From Nemertoderma westbladi (Eukaryota > Animalia > Xenacoelomorpha), in contig JAUCBJ010001654.1 of NCBI GenBank assembly GCA_032718475.1, positions 1 to 64,000 of the forward strand: a stretch of DNA of 64,000 nucleotides, given 5' to 3'. The notes under the pieces are model-generated. The model made no database searches, was not told the DNA's origin, and saw only the letters and a list, made by a program, of their open reading frames with translations. A program made the position numbers and the translations under genes. Below are positions 36,301 to 50,760 of this stretch, piece by piece; the stretch's first letter is position 1; each line of letters begins with the position of its first letter.

Positions 36301-39300
36301 CATTGAACCCAACACCGTTTTTCTGTTGTTTATTACTTGGGAACATTGAACCCAAAGTTGTTTTTCTCAAGAACATTGAACCCAACGCTGTTTTTCTCGA
36401 GAACATTGAACCCAACTTTGTTTTCCGGTTGTTTTTCTCGAGAACATTGAACCCAACTTTGTTTTTCTCGAGAACATTGAACCCAACTTTGTTTTCCGGT
36501 TGTTTTTCTCGAGAACATTGAACCCAACTTTGTTTTTCTCGAGAACATTGAACCCAACTTTGTTTTCCGATTGTTTTTCTCGAGAACATTGAACCCAACG
36601 TTGTTTTTCTCAAGAACATTGAACCCAACGTTGTTTTTCTCGAGAACATTGAACCCGAAGTTGTTTTCCAGTTGTTTTTCTCGAACACTGAACCCAACGC
36701 TGTTTTCCTGTTGTAATTACTCAAGAACATTGAACCCAACGTAGTTTTTCTCAAGAACATTGAACCCAACACTGTTTTTTTTTTGTTTATTACATGAGAA
36801 CATTGAACCCAAAGATGTTTTTCTTGAGAACATTGAACCCAACTTTGTTTTCCAGTTGTTTTTCTCGAGAACATTGAACCCGAAGTTGTTTTCCGGTTGT
36901 TTTTCTCGAACACTGAACCCAACGCTGTTTTCCTGTTGTAATTACTCAAGAACATTGAACCCAACACCGTTTTTTTGTTGTTTATTACTTGGGAACATTG
37001 AACCCAACGTTGTTTCCAGTTGTTTTTCTCAAGAACATTGAACCCAACGTTGTTTTTCTCAAGAACATTGAACCCAACGTTGTTTTTCTCAAGAACATTG
37101 AACCCAACGTTGTTTTTCTCGAGAACATTGAACCCAACTTTGTTTTCCGGTTGTTTTTCTCGAGAACATTGAACCCAACTTTGTTTTTCTCGAGAACATT
37201 GAACCCAACTTTGTTTTCCGGTTGTTTTTCTCGAGAACATTGAACCCAACTTTGTTTTCCAGTTGTTTTTCTCGAACACTGAACCCAACGCTGTTTTCCT
37301 GTTGTAATTACTCAAGAACATTGAACCCAACGTTGTTTCCAGTTGTTTTTCTCAAGAACATTGAACCCAACGTTGTTTTTCTCAAGAACATTGAACCCAA
37401 CGTTGTTTTTCTCAAGAACATTGAACCCAACGTTGTTTTTCTCAAGAACATTGAACCCAACGTTGTTTTTCTCGAGAACATTGAACCCAACTTTGTTTTC
37501 CGGTTGTTTTTCTCGAGAACATTGAACCCAACTTTGTTTTCCAGTTGTTTTTCTCGAACACTGAACCCAACGCTGTTTTCCTGTTGTAATTACTCAAGAA
37601 CATTGAACCCAACGTTGTTTTTCTCAAGAACATTGAACCCAACACTGTTTTTTTGTTGTTTATTACATGAGAACATTGAACCCAAAGATGTTTTTCTCGA
37701 GAACATTGAATCCAACTTTGTTTTCCAGTTGTTTTTCTCGAACACTGAACCCAACGCTGTTTTCCTGTTGTAATTACTCAAGAACATTGAACCCAACGTT
37801 GTTTTTCTCAAGAACATTGAACCCAACACTGTTTTTTTGTTGTTTATTACATGAGAACATTGAACCCAAAGATGTTTTTCTTGAGAACATTGAACCCAAC
37901 TTTGTTTTCCAGTTGTTTTTCTCGAACATTGAACCCAAAGATGTTTTTCTCGAGAACATTGAATCCAACTTTGTTTTCCAGTTGTTTTTCTCGAACACTG
38001 AACCCAACGCTGTTTTCCTGTTGTAATTACTCAAGAACATTGAACCCAACGTTGTTTTTCTCAAGAACATTGAACCCAACACTGTTTTTTTGTTGTTTAT
38101 TACATGAGAACATTGAACCCAAAGATGTTTTTCTTGAGAACATTGAACCCAACTTTGTTTTCCAGTTGTTTTTCTCGAACATTGAACCCAAAGATGTTTT
38201 TCTCGAGAACATTGAATCCAACTTTGTTTTCCAGTTGTTTTTCTCGAACACTGAACCCAACGCTGTTTTCCTGTTGTAATTACTCAAGAACATTGAACCC
38301 AACGTTGTTTTTCTCAAGAACATTGAACCCAACACTGTTTTTTTGTTGTTTATTACATGAGAACATTGAACCCAAAGATGTTTTTCTTGAGAACATTGAA
38401 CCCAACTTTGTTTTCCAGTTGTTTTTCTCGAACATTGAACCCAAAGATGTTTTTCTCGAGAACATTGAATCCAACTTTGTTTTCCAGTTGTTTTTCTCGA
38501 ACACTGAACCCAACGCTGTTTTCCTGTTGTAATTACTCAAGAACATTGAACCCAACGTTGTTTTTCTCAAGAACATTGAACCCAACACTGTTTTTTTGTT
38601 GTTTATTACATGAGAACATTGAACCCAAAGATGTTTTTCTTGAGAACATTGAACCCAACTTTGTTTTCCAGTTGTTTTTCTCGAACACTGAACCCAACGC
38701 TGTTTTCCTGTTGTAATTACTCAAGAACATTGAACCCAACGTTGTTTTTCTCAAGAACATTGAACCCAACACTGTTTTTTTGTTGTTTATTACATGAGAA
38801 CATTGAACCCAAAGATGTTTTTCTTGAGAACATTGAACCCAACTTTGTTTTCCAGTTGTTTTTCTCGAACATTGAACCCATCGCTGTTTTCCTGTTGTAA
38901 TTACTCAAGAAAATTGAACCCAACACTGTTTTTATGTTGTTTATTACTTGAGAACATTGAACCCAAAGATGTTTTTCTTGAGAACATTGAACCCGAAGTT
39001 GTTTTCCGGTTGTTTTTCTCGAGAACATTGAACCCAACTCTGTTTTTATGTTGCTTATTACTTGAGAACATTGAACCCAACGTTGTTTTTATGTTGTTTA
39101 TTACATGAGAACATTGAACCCAACACTGTTTTTTTGTTGTTTATTACATGAGAACATTGAACCCAAAGATGTTTTTCTTGAGAACATTGAACCCAAAGTT
39201 GTTTTCCGGTTGTTTTTCTCGAGAACATTGAACCCAACTCTGTTTTTATGTTGCTTATTACTTGAGAACATTGAACCCAACGTTGTTTTTCTCAAGAACA

Positions 39301-42300
39301 TTGAACCCAACGCTGTTTTCCAGTTGTTTTTCTCGAACATTGAACCCAACGCTGTTTTCCTGTTGTAATTACTCAAGAACATTGAACCCAACGTTGTTTT
39401 TCTCAAGAACATTGAACCCAACACTGTTTTTTTGTTGTTTATTACATGAGAACATTGAACCCAAAGATGTTTTTCTTGAGAACATTGAACCCAACTTTGT
39501 TTTCCAGTTGTTTTTCTCGAACATTGAACCCAACGCTGTTTTCCTGTTGTAATTACTCAAGAAAACTGAACCCAACACTGTTTTTTTGTTGTTTATTACA
39601 TGAGAACATTGAACCCAAAGATGTTTTTCTTGAGAACATTGAACCCGAAGTTGTTTTCCGGTTGTTTTTCTCGAGAACATTGAACCCAACGTTGTTTTTC
39701 TCAAGAACATTGAACCCAACACTGTTTTTTTGTTGTTTATTACATGAGAACATTGAACCCAAAGATGTTTTTCTTGAGAACATTGAACCCGAAGTTGTTT
39801 TCCGGTTGTTTTTCTCGAGAACATTGAACCCAACGTTGTTTTTCTCAAGAACATTGAACCCAACACTGTTTTTTTGTTGTTTATTACATGAGAACATTGA
39901 ACCCAAAGATGTTTTTCTTGAGAACATTGAACCCGAAGTTGTTTTCCGGTTGTTTTTCTCTAGAACATTGAACCCAACTTTGTTTTCCAGTTGTTTTTCT
40001 CGAACATTGAACCCAACGCTGTTTTCCTGTTGTAATTACTCAAGAACATTGAACCCAACGTTGTTTTTCTCAAGAACATTGAACCCAACACTGTTTTTTT
40101 GTTGTTTATTACATGAGAACATTGAACCCAAAGATGTTTTTCTTGAGAACATTGAACCCAACTTTGTTTTCCAGTTGTTTTTCTCGAACATTGAACCCAA
40201 CGCTGTTTTCCTGTTGTAATTACTCAAGAAAATTGAACCCAACACTGTTTTTTTGTTGTTTATTACATGAGAACATTGAACCCAAAGATGTTTTTCTTGA
40301 GAACATTGAACCCGAAGTTGTTTTCCGGTTGTTTTTCTCGAGAACATTGAACCCAACGTTGTTTTTCTCAAGAACATTGAACCCAACACTGTTTTTTTGT
40401 TGTTTATTACATGAGAACATTGAACCCAAAGATGTTTTTCTTGAGAACATTGAACCCGAAGTTGTTTTCCGGTTGTTTTTCTCGAGAACATTGAACCCAA
40501 CGTTGTTTTTCTCAAGAACATTGAACCCAACACTGTTTTTTTGTTGTTTATTACATGAGAACATTGAACCCAAAGATGTTTTTCTTGAGAACATTGAACC
40601 CGAAGTTGTTTTCCGGTTGTTTTTATCGAGAACATTGAACCCAACGTTGTTTTTCTCAAGAACATTGAACCCAACACTGTTTTTTTGTTGTTTATTACAT
40701 GAGAACATTAAACCCAAAGATGTTTTTCTTCAGAACATTGAACCCGAAGTTGTTTTCCGGTTGCTTTTCTCGAGAACATTGAACCCAACGTTGTTTTTCT
40801 CAAGAACATTGAACCCAACACTGTTTTTTTGTTGTTTATTACATGAGAACATTGAACCCAAAGATGTTTTTCTTGAGAACATTGAACCCGAAGTTGTTTT
40901 CCGGTTGTTTTTCTCGAAAATTGAACCCAACGCTGTTTTCCTGTTGTAATTACTCAAGAAAATTGAACCCAACACTGTTTTTTTGTTGTTTATTACTTGA
41001 GAACATTGAACCCAACGTTGTTTTTCTCAAGAACATTGAACCCAACGCTGTTTTCCTGTTGTAATTACTCAAGAACATTGAACCCAACGTTGTTTTTCTC
41101 AAGAACATTGAACCCAACACTGTTTTTTTGTTGTTTATTACTTGAGAACATTGAACCCAACGTTGTTTTTCTCAAGAACATTGAACCCAACACTGTTTTT
41201 TTGTTGTTTATTACATGAGAACATTGAACCCAACTTTGTTTTCCGGTTGTTTTTCTCGAGAACATTGAACCCAACTTTGTTTTCCAGTTGTTTTTCTCGA
41301 ACATTGAACCCAACGCTGTTTTCCTGTTGTAATTACTCAAGAAAATTGAACCCAACACTGTTTTTTTGTTGTTTATTACATGAGAACATTTGAACCCAAA
41401 GATGTTTTTCTTGAGAACATTGAACCCAACTTTGTTTTCCGGTTGTTTTTCTCAAGAACATTGAACCCAACGTTGTTTTTCTCAAGAACATTGAACCCAA
41501 CGCTGTTTTCCTGTTGTAATTACTCAAGAAAATTGAACCCAACGTTGTTTTTCTCAAGAACATTGAACCCAACACTGTTTTTTTGTTGTTTATTACATGA
41601 GAACATTGAACCCAAAGATGTTTTTCTTGAGAACATTGAACCCGAAGTTGTTTTCCGGTTGTTTTTCTCGAGAACATTGAACCCAACTTTGTTTTCCAGT
41701 TGTTTTTCTCGAACACTGAACCCAACGCTGTTTTCCTGTTGTAATTACTCAAGAAAATTGAACCCAACACTGTTTTTTTGTTGTTTATTACTTGAGAACA
41801 TTGAACCCAACGTTGTTTTTCTCAAGAACATTGAACCCAACGCTGTTTTCCTGTTGTAATTACTCAAGAACATTGAACCCAACGTGGTTTTTCTCAAGAA
41901 CATTGAACCCAACACTGTTTTTTTGTTGTTTATTACATGAGAACATTGAACCCAAAGATGTTTTTCTTGAGAACATTGAACCCAACTTTGTTTTCCGGTT
42001 GTTTTTCTCAAGAACATTGAACCCAACGTTGTTTTTCTCAAGAACATTGAACCCAACGCTGTTTTCCTGTTGTAATTACTCAAGAAAATTGAACCCAACG
42101 TTGTTTTTCTCAAGAACATTGAACCCAACACTGTTTTTTTGTTGTTTATTGCATGAGAACATTGAACCCAAAGATGTTTTTCTTGAGAACATTGAACCCG
42201 AAGTTGTTTTCCGGTTGTTTTTCTCGAGAACATTGAACCCAACTTTGTTTTCCAGTTGTTTTTCTCGAACACTGAACCCAACGCTGTTTTCCTGTTGTAA

Positions 42301-45300
42301 TTACTCAAGAAAATTGAACCCAACACTGTTTTTTTGTTGTTTATTACTTGAGAACATTGAACCCAACGTTGTTTTTCTCAAGAACATTGAACCCAACGCT
42401 GTTTTCCTGTTGTAATTACTCAAGAACATTGAACCCAACGTGGTTTTTCTCAAGAACATTGAACCCAACACTGTTTTTTTGTTGTTTATTACTTGAGAAC
42501 ATTGAACCCAACGCTGTTTTCCTGTTGTAATTACTCAAGAAAATTGAACCCAACACTATTTTTTTGTTGTTTATTACATGAGAACATTGAACCCAAAGAT
42601 GTTTTTCTTGAGAACATTGAACCCAACTTTGTTTTCCGGTTGTTTTTCTCGAGAACATTGAACCCAACTTTGTTTTCCGGTTGTTTTTTCTCGAACACTG
42701 AACCCAACGCTGTTTTCCTGTTGTAATTACTCAAGAACATTGAACCCAACGTTGTTTTTCTCAAGAACATTGAACCCAACTTTGTTTTCCAGTTGTTTTT
42801 CTCGAACATTGAACCCAACGCTGTTTTCCTGTTGTAATTACTCAAGAACATTGAACCCAACGCTGTTTTCCTGTTGTAATTACTCAAGAACATTGAACCC
42901 AACGTTGTTTTTCTCAAGAACATTGAACCCAACACTGTTTTTTTGTTGTTTATTACATGAGAACATTGAACCCAAAGATGTTTTTCTTGAGAACATTGAA
43001 CCCAACTTTGTTTTCCAGTTGTTTTTCTCGAACATTGAACCCAACGCTGTTTTCCTGTTGTAATTACTCAAGAACATTGAACCCAACGCTGTTTTCCTGT
43101 TGTAATTACTCAAGAAAATTGAACCCAACACTGTTTTTATGTTGTTTATTACTTGAGAACATTGAATCCAACGTTGTTTTTCTCAAGAACATTGAACCCA
43201 ACGCTGTTTTCCTGTTGTAATTACTCAAGAACATTGAACCCAACGTTGTTTTTCTCAAGAACATTGAACCCAACACTGTTTTTTTGTTGTTTATTACATG
43301 AGAACATTGAACCCAAAGATGTTTTTCTTGAGAACATTGAACCCAACTTTGTTTTCCAGTTGTTTTTCTCGAACATTGAACCCATCGCTGTTTTCCTGTT
43401 GTAATTACTCAAGAAAATTGAACCCAACACTGTTTTTTTGTTGTTTATTACATGAGAACATTGAACCCAACGTTGTTTTTCATGAGAACATTGAACCCGA
43501 AGTTGTTTTCCGGTTGTTTTTCTCGAGAACATTGAACCCAACGTTGTTTTTCTCAAGAACATTGAACCCAACACTGTTTTTTTGTTGTTTATTACATGAG
43601 AACATTGAACCCAAAGATGTTTTTCTTGAGAACATTGAACCCGAAGTTGTTTTCCGGTTGTTTTTCTCGAGAACATTGAACCCAACGTTGTTTTTCTCAA
43701 GAACATTGAACCCAACACTGTTTTTTTGTTGTTTATTACATGAGAACATTGAACCCAAAGATGTTTTTCTTGAGAACATTGAACCCGAAGTTGTTTTCCG
43801 GTTGTTTTTCTCGAGAACATTGAACCCAACGTTGTTTTTCTCGAACACTGAACCCAACATTGTTTTCCTGTTGTTTTTCTCGAGAACATTGAACCCAACT
43901 TTGTTTTTCTCGAGAACATTGAACCCGAAGTTGTTTTCCGGTTGTTTTTCTCGAGAACATTGAACCCAACGTTGTTTTTCTCAAGAACATTGAACCCGAC
44001 ACTGTTTTTTTGTTGTTTATTACATGAGAACATTGAACCCAAAGATGTTTTTCTTGAGAACATTGAACCCGAAGTTGTTTTCCGGTTGTTTTTCTCTAGA
44101 ACATTGAACCCAACTTTGTTTTCCAGTTGTTTTTCTCGAACATTGAACCCAACGCTGTTTTCCTGTTGTAATTACTCAAGAAAATTGAACCCAACACTGT
44201 TTTTTTGTTGTTTATTACATGAGAACATTGAACCCAAAGATGTTTTTCTTGAGAACATTGAACCCAACTTTGTTTTCCGGTTGTTTTTCTCGAGAACATT
44301 GAACCCAACTTTGTTTTCCGGTTGTTTTTCTCGAACACTGAACCCAACGCTGTTTTCCTGTTGTAATTACTCAAGAACATTGAACCCAACGTTGTTTTTC
44401 TCAAGAACATTGAACCCAACTTTGTTTTCCAGTTGTTTTTCTCGAACATTGAACCCAACGCTGTTTTCCTGTTGTAATTACTCAAGAACATTGAACCCAA
44501 CGCTGTTTTCCTGTTGTAATTACTCAAGAACATTGAACCCAACGTTGTTTTTCTCAAGAACATTGAACCCAACACTGTTTTTTTGTTGTTTATTACATGA
44601 GAACATTGAACCCAAAGATGTTTTTCTTGAGAACATTGAACCCAACTTTGTTTTCCAGTTGTTTTTCTCGAACATTGAACCCAACGCTGTTTTCCTGTTG
44701 TAATTACTCAAGAACATTGAACCCAACGCTGTTTTCCTGTTGTAATTACTCAAGAAAATTGAACCCAACACTGTTTTTATGTTGTTTATTACTTGAGAAC
44801 ATTGAATCCAACGTTGTTTTTCTCAAGAACATTGAACCCAACGCTGTTTTCCTGTTGTAATTACTCAAGAACATTGAACCCAACGTTGTTTTTCTCAAGA
44901 ACATTGAACCCAACACTGTTTTTTTGTTGTTTATTACATGAGAACATTGAACCCAAAGATGTTTTTCTTGAGAACATTGAACCCAACTTTGTTTTCCAGT
45001 TGTTTTTCTCGAACATTGAACCCAACGCTGTTTTCCTGTTGTAATTACTCAAGAAAATTGAACCCAACACTGTTTTTTTGTTGTTTATTACATGAGAACA
45101 TTGAACCCAACGTTGTTTTTCATGAGAACATTGAACCCGAAGTTGTTTTCCGGTTGTTTTTCTCGAGAACATTGAACCCAACGTTGTTTTTCTCAAGAAC
45201 ATTGAACCCAACACTGTTTTTTTGTTGTTTATTACATGAGAACATTGAACCCAAAGATGTTTTTCTTGAGAACATTGAACCCGAAGTTGTTTTCCGGTTG

Positions 45301-47930
45301 TTTTTCTCGAGAACATTGAACCCAACGTTGTTTTTCTCAAGAACATTGAACCCAACACTGTTTTTTTGTTGTTTATTACATGAGAACATTGAACCCAAAG
45401 ATGTTTTTCTTGAGAACATTGAACCCGAAGTTGTTTTCCGGTTGTTTTTCTCGAGAACATTGAACCCAACGTTGTTTTTCTCGAACACTGAACCCAACAT
45501 TGTTTTCCTGTTGTTTTTCTCGAGAACATTGAACCCAACTTTGTTTTTCTCGAGAACATTGAACCCGAAGTTGTTTTCCGGTTGTTTTTCTCGAGAACAT
45601 TGAACCCAACGTTGTTTTTCTCAAGAACATTGAACCCGACACTGTTTTTTTGTTGTTTATTACATGAGAACATTGAACCCAAATATGTTTTTCTTGAGAA
45701 CATTGAACCCGAAGTTGTTTTCCGGTTGTTTTTCTCGAGAACATTGAACCCAACTTTGTTTTCCAGTTGTTTTTCTCGAACATTGAACCCAACCTTGTTT
45801 TCCTGTTGTAATTACTCAAGAACATTGAACCCAACACTGTTTTCCTGTTGTTTTTCTCGAGAACATTGAACCCGAAGTTGTTTTCCGGTTGTTTTTCTCG
45901 AACACTGAACCCAACACTGTTTTTTTGTTGTTTATTGCATGAGAACATTGAACCCAAAGATGTTTTTCTTGAGAACATTGAACCCGAAGTTGTTTTCCGG
46001 TTGTTTTTCTCGAGAACATTGAACCCAACTTTGTTTTCCAGTTGTTTTTCTCGAACATTGAACCTAACGCTGTTTCCTGTTGTAATTACTCAAGAACATT
46101 GAACCCAACACTTTTTCTCGAGAACATTGAACCCAACTTTGTTTTCCAGTTGTTTTTCTCGAACATTGAACCTAACGCTGTTTTCCTGTTGTAATTACTC
46201 AAGAACATTGAACCCAACGCTGTTTTCCTGTTGTAATTACTCGAGAACAACCCAAAGTTGTTTTTCTCGAACACTTATCCCAAAGTTGTTATCCTTCTGT
46301 TTTTCTCGAACACTTAACCTAACGTTGTTATCCTTTTGTTTTTCTCGAGAATATTGAACCCAAAGTTGTTTTCCGGTTGTTTTCTCGAGAACATTGAACC
46401 CAACTTTGTTTTCCAGTTATTTTTCTCGAACACTGAACCCAACGCTGTTTTCCTGTTGTAATTACTCGAGAACATTGAACCCAACGTTGTTTTCCTGTTG
46501 TTTTTCTTGAGAACATTGAACCCAAAGTTGTTTTCCTGTTGTTTTTCTCAAGAACATTGAACCTAACTTTGTTTTCCAGTTATTTTTCTCGAACACTGAA
46601 CCCAACGCTGTTTTCCTGTTGTAATTACTCGAGAACATTGAACCCAACGTTGTTTTCCTGTTGTTTTTCTCGAGAACATTGAACCCAGCGTTGTTTTCCG
46701 GTTGTTTTTCTCGAGAACATTGAACCCAACGTTGTTTTCCGGTTGTTTTTCTCGAGAACATTGAACCCAACTTTGTTTCCCAGTTATTGTTTCTCGAACA
46801 CTGAACCCAACGCTGTTTTCCTGTTGTAATTACTCGAGAACATTGAACCCAACGTTGTTTTCCTGTTGTTTTTCTCGAGAACATTGAACCCAAAGTTGTT
46901 TTCCTGTTGTTTTTCTCGAGAACATTGAACCCAACGTTGTTTTCCTGTTATTTTTCTCGAGAACACTGAACCCAAAGTTGTTTTCCTGTTGTTTTTCTCG
47001 AGAACATTGAACCCAAAGTTGTTTTCCTGTTGTTTTTCTCGAGAACATTGAACCCAAAGTTGTTTTCCTGTTGTTTTTCTCGAGAACATTGAACCCAAAG
47101 TTGTTTTCCGGTTGTTTTTCTCGAGAACATTGAACCCAACTTTGTTTTTCGCGAACACTTAACCCAACGTTGTTATCCTTTTGTTTTTCACGAGAACATT
47201 GAACCCAACTTTGTTTTTCTCGAGAACATTGAACCCAAAGTTGTTTTCCTGTTGTTTTTCTCGAGAACACTGAACCCAACATTGTTTTCCTGTTGTTTTT
47301 CTCAAGAACATTGAACCCAAAGTTGTTTTCCGGTTGTTTTTCTCGAGAACATTGAACCCAACGTTGTTTTTCTCGAACACTGAACCCAACATTGTTTTCC
47401 TGTTGTTTTTCACGAGAACACTGAACCCAACATTGTTTTCCTGTTGTTTTTCTCAAGAACATTGAACCCAACATTGTTTTTCTCGAGAACATTCAACCCA
47501 ACGTTGTTTTTCTCGAACACTGAACCCAAAGTTGTTTTCCTGTTGTTTTTCTCAAGAACATTGAACCCAACATTGTTTTTCTCGAGAACATTCAACCCAA
47601 CGTTGTTTTTCTCGAACATTGAACCCAAAGTTGTTTTCCTGTTGTTTTTCTCGAGAACATTGAACCCAACTTTGTTTTTCTCGAGAACATTCAACCCAAC
47701 GTTGTTTTTCTCGAACACTGAACCCAAAGTTGTTTTCCTGTTGTTTTTCTCGAGAACATTGAACCCAACTTTGTTTTTCTCGAGAACATTCAACCCAACG
47801 TTGTTTTTCTCGAACACTGAACCCAACATTGTTTTCCTGTTGTTTTTCTCGAGAACATTGAAACCAAAGTTGTTTTCCGGTTGTTTTTCTCGACAACATT
47901 GAACCCAACGCTGTTTTTCTCAAGAACATT
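33330..47930. repeat. 14.6 kb modular satellite, ~30-44 bp monomers with constant core GAACATTGAACCC and nested higher-order repeats
   Basis: The core repeats continuously. Repeated ORF-track entries give periods of 253 bp (37774/38027/38280/38533), 556 bp (41792/42348), 1480 bp (34152/35632) and 1640 bp (42957/44597). Confidence 0.97.
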
Positions 47931-50179
47931 TCCACTTTTCCATTTTCCCAACGTTGTTTTCATGTTGTTGTTGCCGTCTAATATTTTGCCATAATTTTAA
48001 GTGCTTTATATTTTCTAGTTTTCCTTACTCAGGGGAATTTCCTATTTAATTAGAAAAATAACTAATTTAATTCTTAAGTTGTTACATTTTTGTCCGAATA
48101 TACCAAAACAGGAGAAATATGAGTTTGTAGGAGCTTTTCTTCCACATGGACAGCAAGGACATGATACAATACGAAATCGGATTTTCGTATTTCGTATTGC
48201 ATTTTTTTTTCATTTATGGAGGCATTTTCTTACACTCGAGGCCTTTACTACAATTACTACAACAATCTAGAACAGTTTGGTTTTATGTGTAACTACGCTT
48301 GACTATTATTGCATGAGATTATAACATAACGTGTACCAAAAGTTTTTTTTGGCAAAAATTAATTTTAACACATTTATTTCATTTTGTAAAATTGTTATTA
48401 ATTATTATTACCAATAATATCCACCGCGGCTGGATATTTATTTATTGCCATATTGTTTCGTCAGTAGTTTCGTTTGATATTTTCTGAATATATTTGTTTG
48501 ATATTTTTTTTATGTAGCTTAACTTTAGCTATAATGTTATGTTATTGTATAGCGTTAAGGTTGTTATACTACATTATTAGTCCATGAATTAGTACAGTAT
48601 ATATGGATATTTGATATGGTGCCGTTTACATTTGTACTGTTTATTGTTTTCATTATACGTACTGTAATAGAGGTAGGCTACTCCTACTGTAGACTGTAGA
48701 GGGTGTCGTATAGTCAATTGGGGTGAGGGTGGAGTTACAAATACCTTTATTCTACAAAGTTGCCTTTTTTACCAACGCATTCATCACTGACGTTTGGGGA
48801 ATAAAGATTGGATTTTATTTCCACAAATTCAAAGTGGCAAAGGGGATCGATGCAAATAACAGCTGATTAAACTCAAAAATGAAACTGTATATAACTGTTC
48901 CATTGATAATTTAACATCGAGGCGAGATATAAATGTGATTTGCGCCAAGTCCATGACTGCAATAAATTATTGAATGCGTGATGTCGACGCTGTGATACTA
49001 TCGGTGTAATAATGGTTTATTGCGAGCAACAGGGGGTGAAAAAAGAAATATGGCCAAGGTGAAAAAGTAATAATGGGAAGGTTTAAGGTAATAAAGAGAA
49101 ATTAATAAAAGGCAATTTTATGGAATATAATTATGCACTTCAAGAAAAAAAACATCTCGGGGTCATAGGGAAAAAATATTACTTGTTTACTTCGAAATAT
49201 ATATAATATTTCTCGAACATTATAAAGATATCTGACTTGTTTTATACGATACGAAATTGCTTTTGTATAAATTTTTAGTAAATTTAAAACTGTCAAATAT
49301 TGTATGAAGGCCCACATAACTTCTAACCAATGCTCGCGTAAAAATTAAAGAAATTATGCAGCACCTATTCTAAATCTTTGAGGAAAAATATTTTTTGTAT
49401 ATTTATGGTAAAAAATAATGTAGGCCTATTATTTTATAAACGACTGTACTGATGAGTTTACGGAAGAATCAAACACCATAAACTAATATAAAAACCCGTG
49501 AAAGTCACAATAACCTAATGGTTTACATAAATTTACCACACAAGAAAACGGTGTTTTTTCTTATTTTCACCCTAAATGTTAAATTCAGAGAATTCGTCAA
49601 TAATTTGTCTAATTTCACTGCTGTGCATTATAGCATTGCCTTAATAATATTACTATGTATAATTATTATCTAGTATAGGCCTACTGTTGCATCAATTATT
49701 TTATGTAACTTCAATTTTGTGCTTGTAATGGTAGCAAGTTATATTGTTTATATTTGGAAATATAACATAATGAATAGACAGTCTATAATGTATTTATTTA
49801 TTTATTATAAAACTGTATTACGTTTGATTTTTTAGAATTTTATCAGGTCACGAAATGAAAAATAGTCTTACAGATCTCAGCCCCATCAGGATTCTCAGAG
49901 TAGTGGTCGTGACCCATTATCATTATCCTGTACAATACATCTAGGATCCATCCCCCCCCCCCCCCCCCCCCCCCCCAAACCCGCATTTCTACGCTCGGCA
50001 TACTCAAGCGCTTTTATTATTATTACCCCAGCAAAGCGCCTGGTTCCCATTATACCACTGGGTTGGCGTCTGAAGGCCTAATGTCTAAAGTGTCTTGCAC
50101 AACAGTGCAAAATTTATACAGCCTTTAGTCGGATTCGTTGTTTCTGACATTGAACCTTAACCTTGTTAGATAGATATAG

Positions 50180-50760
50180 ATAGATTTATTTATACATTAT
50201 GTAAAAACAATAACAAATACACCAAACAATGTACCGGTATAAAGGTATTGTCCAACATAACATATAGGATTACCCCTAAAGCTTTGCAGCTTATTTCCAA
50301 GGGGGTCCTTTATGTTACTTGGTTACAAATACAATATTACACTACGCTAACCTAAAACCAATATAAAACGTAATTACACTATGTACATGTACAACTTTAC
50401 CGAGAGCGTGACAATGCCCGACTCAACGATAAAGATGTAATGTACAGAACAATTTATTATAAAACGTAATTACACTACGTACATGTACAACTTTACCGAG
50501 AGCGTGACAATGCCCGACTCAACGATAAAGATGTAATGTACAGAACAATTTATTATAAAACGTAATTACAGTATAAATAGTAAATAATTAATAAACTAAT
50601 AACTTACTGTAGGACTATTGTACCTATTTTTACATTGCACACGGAGGTGAGATTTAACTGCAGATTTAAAAGAATATTGATTATTTAGGTTTTTAATTTC
50701 ATTAGGCAGAGCGTTCCAATTTTTTATGCCGTTAAAAAAGAAAGTATCGGTTGGTTGTTT
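50180..50760 (-). mobile_element. 5'-truncated CR1/L2-group (Crack/Daphne-like) LINE 3' end
   Basis: Minus translation TFFFNGIKNWNALPNEIKNLNNQYSFKSAVKSHL. The 3' UTR has aaggaccccc ttggaaataagc and a ~93 bp tandem duplication at ~50365-50570. Confidence 0.65.

Noticed and set aside
33330-47930. CRISPR-like array (constant repeat plus variable spacer)
   Set aside because: The variable parts are a few recurring related modules, not unique spacers. There are no cas genes and the context is eukaryotic.
33193-47935. Dozens of ORFs such as RTLNPTLFF / LGSMFSRKT
   Set aside because: They are translations of the satellite in all frames.
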